Below, piece after piece: positions 62,431 through 64,000 of a stretch of DNA of 64,000 nucleotides. Each line of letters starts with the position of its first letter. Positions within the stretch are counted from its first letter, which is position 1. The notes below the pieces were generated by a model. That model ran no database searches. It was not told the origin of the DNA and worked only from the letters and a program-made list of their open reading frames with translations. This DNA is from a virus. The stretch lies in the IMG/VR virus record IMGVR_UViG_3300008448_012223; one strand, 5' to 3'. The position numbers were made by a program, and so were the translations under genes.

Positions 62431-64000
62431 ATGGCTCGCGCCCCCTTTATAGAATTTCAAGATACTAATGTAGGTTTAGCCTTGCCGCGGCCGAACGTAT
62501 TGAATCGGATCGCCATCATAGACCGATTTAATCGGGGGCCGGCTAACCTCCTGACCTACATTGGTAACTTCTCGGACTTTGCGTATCGCTATGGCTCCGA
62601 CACTAGTCCAGGTTCATTACAGTACCAGGCTGTATATGATCAATTCACTAATCCAGAGGATGCTAACATTGCCCTAGTACGAGTTACTGGTCGGGGCCGC
62701 CCTGCTTCTGCATCCCTCACATTCTCTGGTGTAGCGAGAGTTAATAACACTCTCAATATCCACACCAATTTCGTGGGAGAGGTCATTGCTCGCGAGGATG
62801 CAGCTGCTGATATAGCGTGGCCTACGCTCACTAATACTGCCGTAGCGCCTGTAGTCAATAGTAAAGAGACAGTAGCCGCAGAGGGCCCGTATACTGGTTC
62901 TACCAGTGGCCGATATTTCCTTCGTGTTGATGATGTCGATGCTGGTGTAGCTACTATTAAATGGCAATTTGTACCACTGGGTCAGAATCCACTTAACTGG
63001 GCAGCTGTCACTACGAATATTAGTGTTAATATCGCTGCTGGTGTAGGTAGTTCTAGTAACATTCTCATCCCACTAACTAGTAATAACATCAGAGTTCGTT
63101 TCGGCACTGTAGCCGGTGCAGCCCTCAATATAGTAGAGGGTAATAGCTGGAGTATTAGAGTTAACAAGTATGTAGTCTCTGTACCCATCTCCAGTGGCAA
63201 CCTACCTAACCAGATTGTCACTAGTCTGATCAATGCCTCTACAGGTGTGGAGCCCTTTGGTGAAATTACTCGTAACTCTCAGGACAACGGAGTAGTCATT
63301 CAATTAGAGCCCTCCCTCACTGGTTCTATCAGCAATCGCTTCTCGTTCTACGTAGAGGCAACTGATAACACCACTAATAGAGGATTTACCACTAGCCCTG
63401 CATTAGTCACTACTACTCTGAATCCCTCTACTCATTTCACTTCATTCCAGGGCGGATTGGATGGTCCTCGTAGCGCATTCCGTGATTTCTATACCTTCAA
63501 TGGTACCCCTCTCCTGCGTCTCCAGGCAGCCAGCGAGGGTAGCTGGGGTAATCAAGTTACGGTTAGTATCTATCCTGTGAGTAATAGCGAGTTTCGCCTT
63601 ACTGTACAAGACCTAAATGGTAGTGCCTTCAACCCGCCTCTCGCTGATGAAGTTTACACTGTTAACTTAGAGGATACAAACGAATCAGGTGAATTAAATG
63701 CACTCCTAGATTCGAAGTTTATCCGAGGTTTCTTCTTACCTAAGTCCATCGACTCTATTAATTACGACGCTACTTTAGTACGTCAGTCACCGCTGAGACT
63801 AGCCCCGCCTGACGAGAGTGAGACTGATGTTGAGAACCCTACCCACGTGGACTTTTATGGTCCTAATGTGTTGACGGATGTAACACTAGAGAATGGATAC
63901 GATGGGCCTCCTGTAACTAATGATGACTATGTTAGCATCATCCATACCCTAGAGAACCAACCTGTGCATATTCTCTTAGTGGGCACTACTAACGTAGGTG
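62431..64000 (+). CDS. Contractile tail sheath protein (g91-like), truncated by the window end
   Basis: MARAPFIEFQDTNVG...FNRGP...ANSEG.WGN-type sheath pattern. 63086-63104 and 63198-63217 each match the g91 qPCR primers, as recalled from memory, with one mismatch (132-bp span). Confidence 0.88.
   Translation, partial: MARAPFIEFQDTNVGLALPRPNVLNRIAIIDRFNRGPANLLTYIGNFSDFAYRYGSDTSPGSLQYQAVYDQFTNPEDANIALVRVTGRGRPASASLTFSGVARVNNTLNIHTNFVGEVIAREDAAADIAWPTLTNTAVAPVVNSKETVAAEGPYTGSTSGRYFLRVDDVDAGVATIKWQFVPLGQNPLNWAAVTTNISVNIAAGVGSSSNILIPLTSNNIRVRFGTVAGAALNIVEGNSWSIRVNKYVVSVPISSGNLPNQIVTSLINASTGVEPFGEITRNSQDNGVVIQLEPSLTGSISNRFSFYVEATDNTTNRGFTTSPALVTTTLNPSTHFTSFQGGLDGPRSAFRDFYTFNGTPLLRLQAASEGSWGNQVTVSIYPVSNSEFRLTVQDLNGSAFNPPLADEVYTVNLEDTNESGELNALLDSKFIRGFFLPKSIDSINYDATLVRQSPLRLAPPDESETDVENPTHVDFYGPNVLTDVTLENGYDGPPVTNDDYVSIIHTLENQPVHILLVGTTNVG

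Noticed and set aside
52577-62431. T4-type late promoter TATAAATA
   Set aside because: Not found upstream of the structural operons on inspection.
1-64000. Complete DGR or retron
   Set aside because: No ORF with RT motifs and no AAC-rich template repeat seen; only VR-like targets.
9060-64000. Stop-codon reassignment
   Set aside because: Long ORFs (up to 3562 aa) are intact in the standard code, and TAG, TGA and TAA all end genes next to RBS-bearing neighbours.

Overview
This 64-kb window is part of a large Microcystis myovirus of the Ma-LMM01/MaMV-DC (Fukuivirus) type. That call rests on the head module (portal, protease/scaffold, two head proteins) and the g91-like tail sheath at the right end. 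Left to right: (i) 1-9060, an AT-rich, host-like island with five tandem FGE/C-type-lectin genes whose 3' ends look like DGR variable regions, then a collagen/LamG virion-accessory module and an IS200/IS605 right-end remnant; (ii) 9.2-14.4 kb, a PD-(D/E)XK gene, two tRNA(CAU) genes and about 1.9 kb of largely non-coding DNA with consensus sigma70 promoters and dense hairpins, leading into an HNH gene; (iii) 15-35.6 kb, a minus-strand block in which nearly every gene from 22 kb on is preceded by the same hairpin-T-tract-CTTYTRGTG element (19 copies). This block holds a 1693-aa single-chain two-barrel RNA polymerase candidate, an AcrIII-1 ring nuclease, an ART-like gene and five paralogous micro membrane proteins; (iv) 35.7-41.9 kb, lysis genes (M15 peptidase, GH19) and baseplate-type genes (PAAR); (v) 41.9-52.6 kb, a 3562-aa protein with two PLD-like domains and a second complete set of two-barrel RNAP motifs; (vi) 52.6-64 kb, a chaperone-like gene with a -1 frameshift signal, portal, protease, capsid, neck/tail genes and the truncated sheath. 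The best candidate for an undescribed system is an autonomous phage transcription system: two highly divergent single-polypeptide RNAPs plus a repeated non-sigma70 promoter/terminator cassette array carrying anti-defence and host-takeover genes. All family assignments come from motif recognition by eye; no searches were run.
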